A DNA stretch of 64,000 nucleotides from Octopus vulgaris (lineage: Eukaryota): assembly GCA_951406725.2 (NCBI GenBank), contig OX597819.1, positions 81,654,001 through 81,718,000 on the forward strand, read 5' to 3'. Shown piece after piece: positions 28,136-42,275 of this stretch. A program made the translations under genes and the position numbers. The notes under the pieces were generated by a model. It was not told the DNA's origin, ran no database searches, and saw only the letters and a list, made by a program, of their open reading frames with translations. Numbering within the stretch: the stretch's first letter is position 1; the number at the start of each line of letters is the position of its first letter.

Positions 28136-28477
28136 ATGCATGAGTGCGTGTGTGTGTGTGTGTGCATGTGTGTATTTGTGTCTTCTTGCATTGACATTAT
28201 GTAATAGCTGTAACTGGTCTCTGTCATACATGTATTGTTGTTTCATTTCCAATCTTCCGAGAAAACATGTCTCACAATGGAGAACTAGTTCCATGTTTTG
28301 AAACAAGTGAGGGTTGGTAACAGGAAGGACATCTGGCTGTGAATTATCTTCCTCAACAAATTCCACCAGACCCATGAAAGAATGCGAAAGTGAACATTTA
28401 AACAAAAATGAATAATGATGATAATGATAATGAAGATAATGATGATGATTATAATGATGGCAATGATGGTATTCATT

Positions 28478-28697
28478 TCTAGCCTAGGCACAAACCCTAA
28501 AATTTTTGTTGGGGTGGGTGAAGGACCCAGTCGATTAGATCAACCCCTGTGCGTAACTGGAACTTAATATATCGACCTCAAAAGGATGAAAGGGAAAGTC
28601 GACCTCGGTGGAATTTGAACTCAGAACGTAAAGACAGACGAAATACCACTATGCATTTCACCCAGTGTGCTAACATTTCTGCCAGCTCACCACCTTA
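28478..28697 (-). mobile_element. Monomeric family-2 SINE, followed by a degenerate (GAT)n tract to ~28840
   Basis: aggatgaaagggaaagtcgacctcggtggaatttgaactcagaacg...ttctgccagctcaccacctt. Confidence 0.8.
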
Positions 28698-28724
28698 ATG
28701 ATGGCGATGATGATAGTGATAATT

Positions 28725-28759
<35 letters not shown>

Positions 28760-29385
28760 AGAGATGGTAATGCTACTGATGTTGATGATGATGATGGCAG
28801 TAGTGGTGCTTATTGTAATGATGATAGTAATGATGATGACAATTCATATTGAAGCCAGTCAAAAAGAAAAAGGAGAAAAATCTATACATATGTATGTGTT
28901 TTTATATATGTGGATGCATAAAATAAGCAGAAATATTTATCAAAAATATTTGTTGTTATGTTTCCATGTCTTTTTTTTTTAAGCTAATATTATCAAACAG
29001 TCTGTAAGGTTAGAGAATCTAATAGGAAGTAAATAAAACTGAAATATAGTTTATATTTATTTTTATTCTTTCTTGATGTTGTTACCAATGTGGCTGAAGT
29101 TGTGTTTGCTTTTATTTAGCTGGGGGAATTTTTATTTTTACTCCATTATAACCACATACCTACCCCACTTGCTCTATCTGATTATATAATACATATTTAA
29201 TAATAATACCAATAATGATACAAAATATTAACTGTGAATAATAATGATAATAATAAACATAATAAACATCAACATTAAATGTATAGTAGCAAACATATAT
29301 ACATATATACATATATACACACATATTTATATGTACATATATATATAGACATATACACATATTTAGATATATATATATATGTGTG

Positions 29386-29430
<45 letters not shown>

Positions 29431-29455
29431 TTAGATATATATATATATATGTGTG

Positions 29456-29495
<40 letters not shown>

Positions 29496-29537
29496 AACAC
29501 CTTATATCTGTAACCAATATAATTCTCTCTCCCTGAA

Positions 29538-29570
<33 letters not shown>

Positions 29571-29886
29571 GATATATGTAGATATATATAAGTGTATTTA
29601 TATATATATATACACACACACACACCTTAACGTTGTGGTGGTATACAATGTGTGTATACATATATATATATATGTATATATACGAATATTTATTTATATA
29701 TATATATTTATTTATTGATAGATATATATAAATGTTTATTTATATGTATATATTTATATAATACCGATCTTATCAGGTGGCTAGCATGGGAATAAAAACC
29801 TCAAAGATAATAATTATTATTAAAATTATAATTAATGTGGTATCAGAGTTGAGTTTTGGCTGCTATCTCTTAGATACCTTTAATTG

Positions 29887-29923
<37 letters not shown>

Positions 29924-30029
29924 ATTTATTTATATATATTTTTTCTTTGTATCTTCAGCTCAGTGTTGCAGCCATTATTGAGTGCCTCCTCTAATACTTG
30001 GCATTTAGTGCATAAGGGAGTTTGATGTT

Positions 30030-30920
30030 ACTACCCTCATTTGCACCTCTTGCTGCAAGATAGGTTCATCTAGGACTCTTGACAAGAAGAGGTCCAATTT
30101 TGATTTGAAAACATCTACATCCACTTCAGGCTCTTTGGGAGGATATTAAAAAGCTGTGGGCCTCTGAAACCCAGGCTGTGGCAGTAGCTGGTCCTGAAGC
30201 ATGATGGCGTTACTGGGATCTTTGGCACTCTGCTGTGTTGATCCATTCTGGCATTGGTGTAGCTTTCAATGCCAAAATTTGGCACAATTCTTTCCAGGAT
30301 CTTCCACATGTATATTACTGCATACCTCTCCCACCTTCGTTCCAGTAGAGTCTGAGCTGTTTCAGCCTTTCCCAGTCACTGAGCTGTTGCAACGAGATGA
30401 TCTTCTTTGTGAAGCTTCACTGGATTGGTTCAAGGTCTGCTGTTAATTTTACATTGTTGGATGACCATAGTTGGAAGCAATAGTCCAAGCGGCTGAGGAT
30501 GAATGTCCTCCAGAAGACCATCATGGTTTCCTTCTCTCTGGTCCTGAATGTTCTCAAGATCCAGCTAGCCAGTCTTCTGCACTTTGTCACCATCCTGGTA
30601 ATGTGCACTTCGGAAAAGGTATCATCACTCATGTAGATACCTAGGTCTTTCACTGATTTAGGCTCTGGGATTGTAATCTCCTGTGAACCAGTGTACCCTG
30701 TAAGTTTTATATTCGGTCTTCAACGCTGGTAGCACAGGGCTTAAACTGCATAATATTGTCCTCAGCTCATCTGTAAATTGAGTCCAACTCCTGCTGCAGG
30801 TGTACAACATCGCTGGGGTACTGTATTTTCTGCAAGACTTTCATATTGTCTGCATAGCTAGCCAAGGGTGGCTATCTAGGTAGCTGAGGGCATATCTGAA
30901 AGGGCCACTATTAAAAGCAC
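30030..30920 (-). pseudogene. Decayed LINE reverse transcriptase, 3' part (CR1/L2-group-like)
   Basis: Minus-strand SYADNMK (YADD-like), KDLGIYMSDD, WILRTF, SRLDYCFQLWS and MWKILERIVPNFGI, broken by frameshifts and stops. Confidence 0.85.
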
Positions 30921-30953
30921 TGAGAATCACTTCGCATTGCCTACTGGTGGTTG

Positions 30954-31000
30954 TCACACACTGATGAGGGGTCAATACCCAGAAACTCAGGTCCATGTGT
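30954..31000 (+). ncRNA. Type I hammerhead-ribozyme-like motif (probably degenerate)
   Basis: acaca-CTGATGA-GGGGT caat ACCCa-GAAAC-tcag-GTC-ca-tgtgt. Both core boxes, stem II, a minimal stem III, a GUC site and a stem I partner are present. Defects: G-A mismatch at the base of stem II and a 2-nt offset in stem I. Confidence 0.55.
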
Positions 31001-31249
31001 ATCATGTCAGGCTGGAAATGGGAACAATAATTTCCCTTTGCAAATACTGATAGGGCACAGATAGTGTGTGTGTCAATAGCCAGCCAGAGGAGATGTCTTC
31101 CTGGGGCTACAAGCTACAGTAGCATCAACCCTTAAGGGTTTACCTCATTTAGATGGCAAATATACTTCATGATGTCGTGTGGCCACTGTTTATACCTCGC
31201 CCAGAGATTTATTATTTATTGATATATACATATACATGTATAAATATTG

Positions 31250-31284
<35 letters not shown>

Positions 31285-31649
31285 AGATTTAGAAATTTGC
31301 GAATTCTTGTTGTGCAGAGGACAGACTTTGAAATTGATTTTGATTTGCTGTATAATTACTAGTTTATGAGAAAGAGTTTGCATTTAACTGTTTATGTATG
31401 TGTGTGGATGTATGGAACCTGGTGCAGTTTCCTGCTTGCCAGCTCTGGTAAAACTATGTAACCAATGCCAGCATAGAAAACGAATTTTAAAGGATGATGA
31501 TATGTGTGTGTGCATACATGCATGTGTAAGCAGACATGTGCATTTATGCACACATACACACAAACACACTCACACACACATATATATACACACACACATA
31601 CATACATATACATATAGACATTACTGTGGTGTTAGGATGCATTTTACCA

Positions 31650-31850
31650 TGGATGGACTGGTCTTCTATAGCACTGAATATCACCAATCTTTGCAGTCCT
31701 TTGTCATTTCCTCTGTGAGTAATTGCAACTTCAGGTCAACCTTCACTTCTTCAGCCAAAGTTTTCCTTGGTCTTCTTCTATGGTTTCAACTAACTTGGAG
31801 TGCTCTGTACATTTGGATACAGCACTCATCCTTCTTTTACAACAAAGTAT
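31650..31850 (-). mobile_element. Old RTE-like LINE 3' fragment
   Basis: Minus strand RRRPRKTLAEEVKVDLK...EMTKDCKDW resembles RTE ORF2 C-termini (GRPRKTW). Confidence 0.55.
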
Positions 31851-32533
31851 CAAATGCTCCATTAATTTCCACAGTAATACAACTGATGAGCCACAAATCT
31901 CTACAATAATGCATATTTTAGGACCCATAAGAAAGATACATTGCTTTGCTTACAAGAAACATAATGAACTTACTATTATAAATACACACATGCATGAGCC
32001 AGCAAAAGAGCATCTACAAGGTTGCTCAACCAGCTAGAAATACCAGTCAAATTTTCTGCAGATCATACCCAGCCACCTTTGGAAAGAAACAGACACATTA
32101 CATAATGTAGTCCTTCATAACCTTGATATGATGGAATGGTCAAACAGCCTTTGATTGAAGGTCAACTTCATTGGGGCTGTCCTAGGGCTAAACAGCAACA
32201 AAATTGGCACACACATGTACACACAATATAAGTAAAACTGTGATATGTTGTTATTTATACATGCAAAGTCACATAGATACAGCAGCATATATTTCATAAT
32301 AAAGGACATTACTCTGACCAGAGTAAGAAACAGTCATATAATTACCTTCTATTTAGCTCTCTATTTTGATTAATTCCTCTCTGACCTTATATGTAATCTA
32401 ATGATATCAGATGAACGGCTTCTGTATCTTCCATCACTATGTTTAAAAAAAAAAACCTACCTTTAACAATCATAGTTTGATTCTAGCAATTGTAAATATA
32501 TATGTGTGTATGTGAGTGAGTGAGTGAGTGAGC

Positions 32534-32575
<42 letters not shown>

Positions 32576-33391
32576 ACACATAAACACTTAAACATCTACA
32601 GTGATGACATATCTTGGGTATTGAAATAGGGTATGTTGAACCTTATAATAAGGTAAATTTGAATAAGAATTTTTTTTTTTTATAAAATAATTGAAAAGTA
32701 TTTCAGTGTCAGCATAAACAGGCAAGGAAAGGTTAAAAAACACAAAAATAATACAGAAATAGTGTAAAGACATACATACAAAGAAAAAGAAGAGCACCAG
32801 CAGTAGCAACTGTGGAGGTAGTGATGGTGGTGGTAGCAGCAGCAACATCAGCAACATAATCTGAATATACACTTGCACAACTTCAGTTTGATTTCAAAGC
32901 AAAACAAATTTATTTTTCTTTAAATTTTCCCCCAAATCAATATATTTATTATTAATATCTGTTTTCTCCATCCATATATTTAGGTTTGGTTATTTTTATT
33001 TTCATCTTTTTGTTTGGGTTTTTCTTTTCATTTTTTTTTTCAACAATATATCTAGATATGGGTATTTTTCATTCCATTATATTTACATGTTATTTTTTTT
33101 TTATCATATTCATATTTGTATGTTCGGGGTTTTTTTCTTCCCACTGGCTAATTTTGAACACTATTTGAGTAATGCCAATAATATTTTAATATAGATTTTT
33201 TTTTTCCAAATTTTATGGCAAGTTTTTTTTTATAAATACATAAATAAATTGATGGCAATACATACTTCATTGAGATAACTTTGGGATGATCAGACAAACA
33301 GAAGCTAGAAGTAAATTGGGCTACTTTCCTTCAACTGTCACATCAGCTTACGCCTGCTATCTTCACTCTTCTGACTCTCACCACCTTATTC

Positions 33392-33397
<6 letters not shown>

Positions 33398-33452
<55 letters not shown>
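33398..33452. repeat. (ATT)n microsatellite
   Basis: Direct inspection. Confidence 0.95.
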
Positions 33453-34315
33453 CATTTCTCTCCTGCTCTGCTGCATCATCTTCCTTCGCTTCTTGTCTCA
33501 CAAACTGCAGATCTACTGGGAGCTCCTAATTGACGAGCAATGAAGGGTAATTTGCTGGACTTGTTTAATGACATGTCATGGCCAATTTATGGAGAATTAA
33601 TTTGCAATTCATTGCAAATATTTGATTTAATTTAGCACTCAAAATGAATGGCATGTCTGGTTGTAGAAGTTATGAGTATAGCACATAGAACTAGCAGGAC
33701 ACCAGCAGATAGCAAAATTTCTGATAACTCACCTATGAAAACATGTTTTGCTAGTCTCATGCCATTATTCAGTTGGTGTTATTAAGGTGGGGATGAGGGT
33801 AAAGTCACAGAGTCTAGAATATTCTCTTTGCTGTTTTTTGGGTTTCTTTCTGTTTTCTTTTTCTTTTTTCCTTCTTTTTTTTTTCAAAATATTGTCTTTT
33901 TTGTTGAAATTTACTGACTATACAAAGTAAATATTTCTTTAAATGTATTACTTATGGGAAATAATTTCTAGAATAAGCCCATTGTTAAATGAGTTTGCTG
34001 TTTGGAAGAATGATGATTTGAATAGGTTGTTATGAGATTTTAAAAACATCTTTTACTATAAATGGTTTTTAAATTTAAGTTATTCTCAGGGATATTTCAT
34101 ATGTGGATTTGTTTTTAGTTTCCTTTTAAAAATATTTCTGTATTTAGAGGTATTATTTAAAAGTACTTATAAGATACTTGAATAACCTAGTGGTTTATAA
34201 TAAATGCTGACTATCTTAGTCTTGTATTTTTAACTATTGCAATACAATAGATGGTCAAAAAAATATATATCTATATATTTATGTATATTTGTGTGTGCAT
34301 GCATGTGTGTGTGTA

Positions 34316-34734
34316 CCTTTTACTTGCTTCAGTTATTAGACTGTGGCCATTCTGGGGCACTGTCGTGAGAAATTTTTGTCAAACTAATCGACCCCGGTAC
34401 TTGTATTCTTTTTAAGCTTCTTACTTATTCTATTAGTCTCTTTTGTCTGTCAAACCATTAAGTTATGGGGACATAAACACACCAACACCAGCTGCCTAGT
34501 GGTGGTGGGGAATAAACATGGATACAAAGACACAAACACACACACACACACACATACACACACACATACATATATACACATAACAGGCTTCTTTCAGTTT
34601 CCATCTACCAAATCCACTCACAAGGCTTTGGTCGGCCCAAAACTATAGTACAAGACACTTGCTCAATGTGCCTTGCAGTGGGAGTAAATCCAGAACCATG
34701 TGGTTGAGAAGCTAACTCCTTACTACACAGCCAC
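34316..34734 (-). mobile_element. Full-length tRNA-derived SINE (head + tail A)
   Basis: Reverse complement of the 59990-60380 element. Confidence 0.85.
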
Positions 34735-35216
34735 AAAAAACAAAAAGAAGAAAATTCTCTAAGAACTTTTTCATGGATAAAAGAAAGTATTTACATTTTT
34801 ATCAAAATATGGTACTAGTTTCAATTGCATGAAAAGACGATTTAGTCATAAGTAAACACAGTGAAGACTCCAAGCAATTTGTTGAGAAGTAAACCCATCA
34901 TAGATGTGCGTGTGTGTGTGCACATGTGTGTTGGGTGTGTTTATGTCTCATTAGCTTAAAATATATGTCAGAGAAAGAAATCAGATTTTTCTGGTTGTTC
35001 CTGCTTTCAATATCTGCTTCCATACTCAGTTTCTACTTGCTGGGATCAAACAGACTGAGTTGGTAGACACAGATATAGGTATGTGTTTAACATGTTCACT
35101 TTGCTACACATCATTTCAGATTCAGTCTCCACTACACAGCAGCTTCTACTGTGACCCTAAGTTGAACAAAGTCTTGAGAGTGGATTAGATGGAAGCACAT
35201 GCTATATATAGATGTA

Positions 35217-35590
35217 TCATCATCATCATCATCATCATCACCATCATCGTTTAACGTCTGCTTTCCATACTAGCATGGGTTGGACGATTTGACTGAGGTC
35301 TGGCGAACCAGATGGCTGCACCAGACTCCAATCTGATCTGGCAGAGTTTCTACAGCTGGATGCCCTTCCTAATGCCAACCACTCCGAGAGTGTAGTGGGT
35401 GCTTTTATGTGCCACTGGCACGAGGGCCAGTCAGGCAGTACTGGCAATGACCATGCTCAAATGGTGTTTTTTTATGTGCCACCAGCAGCACTGGCAACGA
35501 CCTCGCTAGTAAGTGCTAGTAAGGTGATGCAGGTAACAATCACGCTCAAATGGTGTTTTTAACATGCCATCGGCACGGAGGCCAGCTTGT
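35217..35590 (-). mobile_element. SINE/retroposon tail family B ending in (GAT)n (other copies ~43925-44118, 59385-59525, 61576-61823)
   Basis: catcgtttaacgtctgctttccatactagcatgggttggacg...cagctggatgcccttcctaatgccaaccactccg. Confidence 0.8.
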
Positions 35591-36109
35591 GCCTCCTTGT
35601 CATGACATCATGTACAAGCTGTAAATAAGCATCATCACCATATGTGGTGATATTTGTTAGCAACCAGTGACTCATATCTGACCATTGTAATGTTGTTTGC
35701 TTTCAAAGAATTTGGGAAAATATGACTTTACTTGGAAACAGTGCAAGTTGATGACAAGGATATCTGGCTATGGAAAATCTGTCTTGACTGATTTTATCTG
35801 AAACATCTAATCATAGAAAAATGGACATTAAAGTGATTTGTGTGTAAATGTATGAGTATTGTGTGTAATTGTGTGAGTGTTGTGTGTTGCATGGATGAAA
35901 TTATGCATACATATTTACATATGTATGCTCAGCATTATACAATATATTTGCCTATTCACAAATTAATGCAAATAAAGAAAGTGTGCTCATTAGATCACTG
36001 GAACATCATGGTTACACCAGCAGTTGCAAAACCATCATAATCCAATGGAAGTCACATGGTTCACTAAATATATATTCAACTCTCATACTTTTATGTTGAT
36101 ATCTATATA

Positions 36110-36345
36110 CAGGGTGGCCCAAAAGTAGGCTTACAGTTATCACATAGGTACTTTAAATTTCTTTTAAAACAATTTATTGCATTTAAATTTCTATCTTACA
36201 AACTGAAAAGGGAGCTTGACAAAATTAACTAAATTAGCATAGAATAATGGTTTCATATTTTCTTTATAATTAAGATCTAAACTATTAATATATTAATGCA
36301 AAAGAGATAGTTGAATAACTGTAAACCTTCTTTTGGACCACCCTA
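36110..36345. mobile_element. Tc1/mariner-type MITE
   Basis: TA|CAGGGTGGCCCAAAAGTAGGCTTACAGTTAT ... ATAACTGTAAACCTTCTTTTGGACCACCCTa|TA. Confidence 0.8.
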
Positions 36346-39300
36346 TATATATATATATATATATTGTTATATTTCGGAATGGTCATTTTGCCAGTTTAGC
36401 CAATATATATATATGAAGGTGCAGTATTATTGAATGGTTAAGAGATTCATGTTGCAACCATGAGGCCCTAGGTTTGATCCCACTGCATGTCATCTTGAGA
36501 AAGCATCATTTTCTGTTTTCAGGTTGACCCTTACCTTGTAAGTGAAACTGAGTAAATGGTAACTGTAAGAAGCCTGTTCAGCAGACTGTGTTTGTAATTC
36601 TAAAAGGCACAACCTTTTCATGCACTGGGTCATGCTGATTCTGCTTAAAAATTCCATTGACAATATCTGTGTTTATGGTATACTCAGCCACTTACATGTT
36701 GATTCAATAAACAGGTAATTCAGTTGATCAAACAGCTGAATTTTCACCATCAAAGCCAATAGTGGACAATCTATTGTATGAGTGGGGATGGGGTAGGTCT
36801 AATTTATAAAAGACATTATAAATGATAACAGAGTACTGTTTTTGGCAGGGTATTACTTTCAAACCCAGCTGTAGGTTTTCTTCTACAAAGTTTGTCAGTC
36901 TGACATTTATTTTCCTCACTGAGATGTTTCACTTATGTTATCCATTTAAATATATTAATAAATTGAATTTGAATCTTATCCTGCAGTATAATTACAATAA
37001 AGGTTGAATTGTATAAGATCGTTTAGCTATTGCTGAAAGAAGAATCTGAAGAAAACTGAAACCTAAAAGTTTATTAAATTTGAAGCAGAAACAGCACAAA
37101 CTGTAAGAATTTTCTTTTTACTGTTGAAAACAGATGTTGAGAGAACCAGTTCATCAAACTGAAGGCACCTATATCCTCATTCATTTCCCTTCCCCTACTA
37201 CCTTAAATCTATTAGATAATACTTCAACTTAAAATATTGTCAACAACAAAGCTTCTTTACTCTATCTGCTCAGATCTTCTTTCATCCATGCTATTGTAAT
37301 GGTAAGTTTACATTGTCAGTAACAGATACCAATGCCACCTGAAAGTTCTCATCTGCAGTTTAGCTGGACAGTGGCTTCACAGCTAATTTCCATTCAGTAT
37401 GAACTCAATGATCACACATTTCCGCTATTACCTCTTTAGACACAGAAACATCAATGTTATCCCAGATCTTTCTGCTTACAATGGTTTACTGAATGTTATT
37501 CATTAGCTTGGCACATGGCCATTACTCATTAACTATGGTGTTTGTCATGCCATGCCTCTACATCGCAGCTGTTCTGCCTCTCTCTCTCTCCCTTTATTTA
37601 TTCTTCTTAGTACATAACTGTTCTGCCTGTACCCCCAACTCTCTCTATTTCTCTCTTTGTGAGTGGATGCGTGTGTGTGTGTGTGTGTGTCCCTTTCTTT
37701 TATACACATATCACACACAAATACTAATTTAAATACATTCACACATACTCGATTCCAATGTCTGCAACATTATTTACCTTGGCTTGTGTAATACAGCCCT
37801 CGTTGACTGAGCTGTAAAAAAAGATGGTAGACAAATGTGGCAATACTGAAGTGTCACTACAGTTGTCACTAATTCATTAAAGCTTTTTTTATTTCATGTG
37901 AAGGACTTCCATTTCCTGGTAAGTTACTAGAATTTCAAAGAGAATTAAACAGTTTTTGTTTCATTTTTTTTCTTACTTCTATATATTTTTATTTTTATTT
38001 TTTTGTTTCACTGATATTTTTAAGTAATTTATTTCCTGCTATCAATTTTACATTATACAAGTACTTACCAGATTCCCCCCTCTGGTTGAATAAACCTCCA
38101 GATTCTCAAAGAATTTCAACATTCTTGGAAAAAAGTCTGTTCATCCAGGACTGATCAGGGCCAAACCAACAACAACTTCATTGTAACAACAAATATAATA
38201 CCATGTAAATAATAATTTCACAAAACATACAACACTTGAAGAAAGGTTGTACCTGTACTTGTTTGTGGTCATCTTTTAATTGAATTGTAAGGGATAATTT
38301 TGCACTGATAAGAAATACAATAATTTGTTTTAATGAATTGTGAGTGGATTTGGAAGACAGAAACTGAAAGAAACCCGTCATATACTTGTGTGTGTGTGTG
38401 TGTGTGTGCGCGTGTGTGTGTGCGTGTGTGCGCGTGTGTGTGTGCACGCATGTGTGTGTGTGTGTGTGTATTTAAGGAATGACATGATGATTATATATAT
38501 CCATAGACTTGCTCATTTAAGGCTGACTTAGGCTAAGCAACAGCAATAAGAGCAAAATACTTCAGAGAACACTTCAGTTATTGTGGTATTGAAATTATTT
38601 TGTCTAAATCAGAGAGAAAATACGAGGAAGAAGAAGAAGACCAAACTAAAATTTTTTTTTCTTACCTTGTTCACCTGATATCCACAAGACCACCAACTCC
38701 ATACAATTATTTAGATTTTTAACAACAATATTAAATGCCGTGTAAGTGGTTTACTACAGTCAAGGACTTGTCTTTATTCTCTCTTGGATGAAATCTGAAC
38801 CACACAAAATAAATGAGTGACCACAATAGCAACAACAGTAACAAAGGCAATAGATTGTGTCTTGATTTTTTTTCTTTTCTTATTTATTCCCATCTTTTGT
38901 ATTTTTGTTGTTTATGTTTCTTTTATTTTCTTTTAGTTGACTTTAACTTCCATTTGATTAACTATTTCAACATATAATTCTTCCCTTACCACACATTTGC
39001 CAGGCCATCTTTCCAAACCACACATCCACTACTTTTTTAAAGCTTCTAACTAATTACCATTTCACTAGCAATGAGGGAGCTTCTATGTAGTTGCTCAATC
39101 CACTAGAAATAGTACCCAACCTTTCCTTAAATCCCACCCAGCCATCTTAAAGAAGAATGGATTACTTTTGATACCAACCCTCTGAAACCATCTCTGATTT
39201 ACAGTACAAAACCTCTAATTTTTAAAGTGTTCATATTTAAATTAAAACCTTCCATTAAAATTTTAACTTAGAATACTTTGCTAAATTTTGATCCAAACAC

Positions 39301-40139
39301 TATCTAAATAAAAAAAGTTATTCATTCTAGTAAATTGTTCCAAATTCTTGATATTTTCAGAATTAATTGAAAAACCCAAGTAGTGTTTTTCATTAGAAAT
39401 GGGGTCAAAAGGGGTTAAACCTGACAAAAAGACCATTAGAAGCAGGTCTACCTGTTCAGAGCTGATTTAGGTTTAAATAACAATAGCAATCTACTTTCAT
39501 TACACATAGTCTATCTATCCAGTTGGGAAATATGCCCAAACCAATGCAACTCTTCCACACCATAGACAAGTACTATATCAATGACTTATTCGAAGAAATC
39601 CCTCTTCATTTGTCAGGAAGAGAGGACTTCCATTTAGTTCTTTACTCATAAATAGATCTATAATTTTTTTGTATCTGTAAACACTGAATTGTGAAAGATA
39701 TAACAGGAAAATTGTTAATGAAATTCCAGTGCAATTCTAGACTAAATATACTATTTGTTCCAGTTAACCAAACTAAAAATAAATACTATTCTTATTCTAT
39801 TGATTTTGGTAAATGTTTGAAAACCCATGCAGCTATTTAAAAAAAAATTATGCAAATAATCAAGGCAATTATCCAATTCTTCAAAATAAAGGTTATCATA
39901 ATAATATTGCTAGAACTCAAACCCCATCACCAGTCTTGATCAGATTCTAACTACTAACATAGCTACAGTGTGTGCTGCCCGGGGCAGACCTTCCATTTGC
40001 TGCCCCTGGACCCCACATAAAACACATATTGCCTATAGCAGACCCAAAAGTGACCCCTTTAAAAGTGCTGCCTCTACCACCATCATCCTCTCTCTCAGCT
40101 ACGCTAGTGATTCCAGCCAAAGAACTGAGCTTCTTTAGC

Positions 40140-40333
40140 CCCTTTGTTATTAAATTTCAATTGAAATCGCATCACCAGTCTTTCAATTAATTTTGAAAAT
40201 ATGAACAATTTAGTAAAATAATTTTGTTATTATTTCCTTGGTGTTTAGAACATAAATTAACATAAATTTTTGATGGAAGGTTTTACATTAAATCACTTCA
40301 AAACAGACTCAGGTAGGTTGGTACCAAAAGGGC
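40140..40333. mobile_element. Degenerate piggyBac-like MITE (related copies ~39170-39418 inverted, ~51480-51545, ~54960-55175)
   Basis: ttag|CCCTTT...AAAAGGG|ctag ends; internal caattaattttgaaaat...ggtgtttagaacataaa shared among copies. Confidence 0.55.
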
Positions 40334-41876
40334 TAGTCACTGCAAATATGTTCTACTACTACTACTACTACTAATACTAATACTACTACTACTACTACTA
40401 CTACCACTACCACTACTACATCAACACCATCATCATCATCATCATCCACTTTTCCATGCTTGCATGGGTCAAACAGAATTTGTTGAAGCAGATTTTCTAT
40501 GGTTGAATGTCTTTCCTGTTACAATTCTCACTCATTTCAAAGTAAAGTAATATTTCCCATGGCCAGATATGTTTACCATGGAAAACTAAATAAAATCATC
40601 ACTTCCATGATGGTGATACTCGTTTAGAACTATCAACTAGTTATGTGTGTTAGTGCATGTGCATGCATGTATGTATTCACAATATGATAAGGGACATTGC
40701 AAAACCTGGTATTTCAGAATTGAATTAGTTCCCAATTATTTAATTTTTTGCACTCACTTGCCATCACATGATGGCAGAACCCTGCAGTCTGACCTTTCGT
40801 TCACCAGCAAATAGAGTCAAGAGTGCAAAGAAATAACTGAAGTTGATGTACAACAGATATGTCTGCGAAAGTACTGTTGCCCCAAATGCATTGGGGATAT
40901 ATTTCCAGACCTGATAATGAGTATGACTATTGCTTGTTAATGAACAGCAAAGCAATATCTATGTTAATAGGCTACACTTGTGCATTGATAAGATCTAAGA
41001 TATCAGTTAATAAAAGGAAGTGTGGCTTGTACAGAACCATATCACTTTGGTTGACTTGCCATAAAGTCACATGTAGCAAATTAAATACTAAAATCATTGA
41101 GCATAACAAATGGTTGCAGATCAAAAATTATATTGGCTTAAACTAACAGGATCTTATTCAGGGTGATCATGTCTAATGAGCACACAGCTATTCACCATTC
41201 CCAATAGTTTTATAGTGCATTCCCTTGCAATATAACTAGGAAGCTATTGACCCTATGCTGGTTTCAACCATACTTGAACAGCTCTTGTTTTTGTTTTGCT
41301 GGGTTTCAAACAACTCTTCTTTCAAAGTTAACTTAAAGTCAACAACTTTAATATTTATACATATTCTTTTAGTGCATCCTGGATGTGAATAAAATTATAA
41401 AGATTAATAATTCTTTCTAATATGGGCATCAGGCCAGCAATTTTGAGGGGAAGTCAAAATCTTTGATCTCCAGTACTGAACTTGTACTTATGTTATCAAA
41501 CCCAAAAAGATGAAAGACAAAGTTGACCTTTACAGGATTTGAACTCAAAACATAAAGAGTTGGAAGAAATGCAGCAAAACATTTTGACCAACACACTAAC
41601 ACAATGCTGTTAGTTCACCGCCTTGAGACTATAATTGAAAATAGAATCAGAATTGTTGCATAAGTGTGGAAATAAAACTTGCTTAGGAGGTGCAAACTCA
41701 GGTTAAAAATTTTTTTTTGCAAACAAGGCAATTTTTTCAATCTTAATATCAAAACAAACACAGAAATAATAATAATCATTATTATATTTGTACATAAGGT
41801 GAGCTGGCAGAATCATTAGCATGCTGGACAAAATGCCTAACTGTATTTTGCCCATCAAAATGCCTAACAGTATTTA

Positions 41877-42275
41877 AGGTGGTGACCTGGCAGAAACGTT
41901 AGCACGCTGGGCGAAATGCGTAGCCGTATTTCGTCTGCTGTTACTTTCTGAGTTCAAATTCCGCCAAGGTCAACTTTGCCTTTCATCATTTTGGGGTCGA
42001 TAAATTAAGTGCCAATTACGCACTGGGGTCAATTTAATCGACTTAATCCTTTTGTCTGTCCTTGTTTGTCCCCTCTGTGTTTAGCCCCTTGTGGGTAGTA
42101 AAGAAATAGGTATTTTGCCCATCACTACATTCTGAATTCAAATTCCGCTGAGGTTGACTTTACCTTTCATCCAATCAGGGTCGATAAAATAAGTACTAGT
42201 TGAACACTGGGGGTCAATGTAATTGACTCATCCCCTTCCCCCAAATTGCTGCTCTTGTGGCAACATTTGAAACCA
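41877..42275 (+). mobile_element. Dimeric family-2 SINE
   Basis: ggtggtgacctggcagaaacgttagc head; two copies of the ttctgagttcaaattccgc...gtcgataaa core separated by gtttgtcccctctgtgtttagccccttgtggg. Confidence 0.85.

Noticed and set aside
28667-28982. Poly-Asp and poly-Met ORFs
   Set aside because: Degenerate (GAT)n tract beside a SINE; no splice or homology support.
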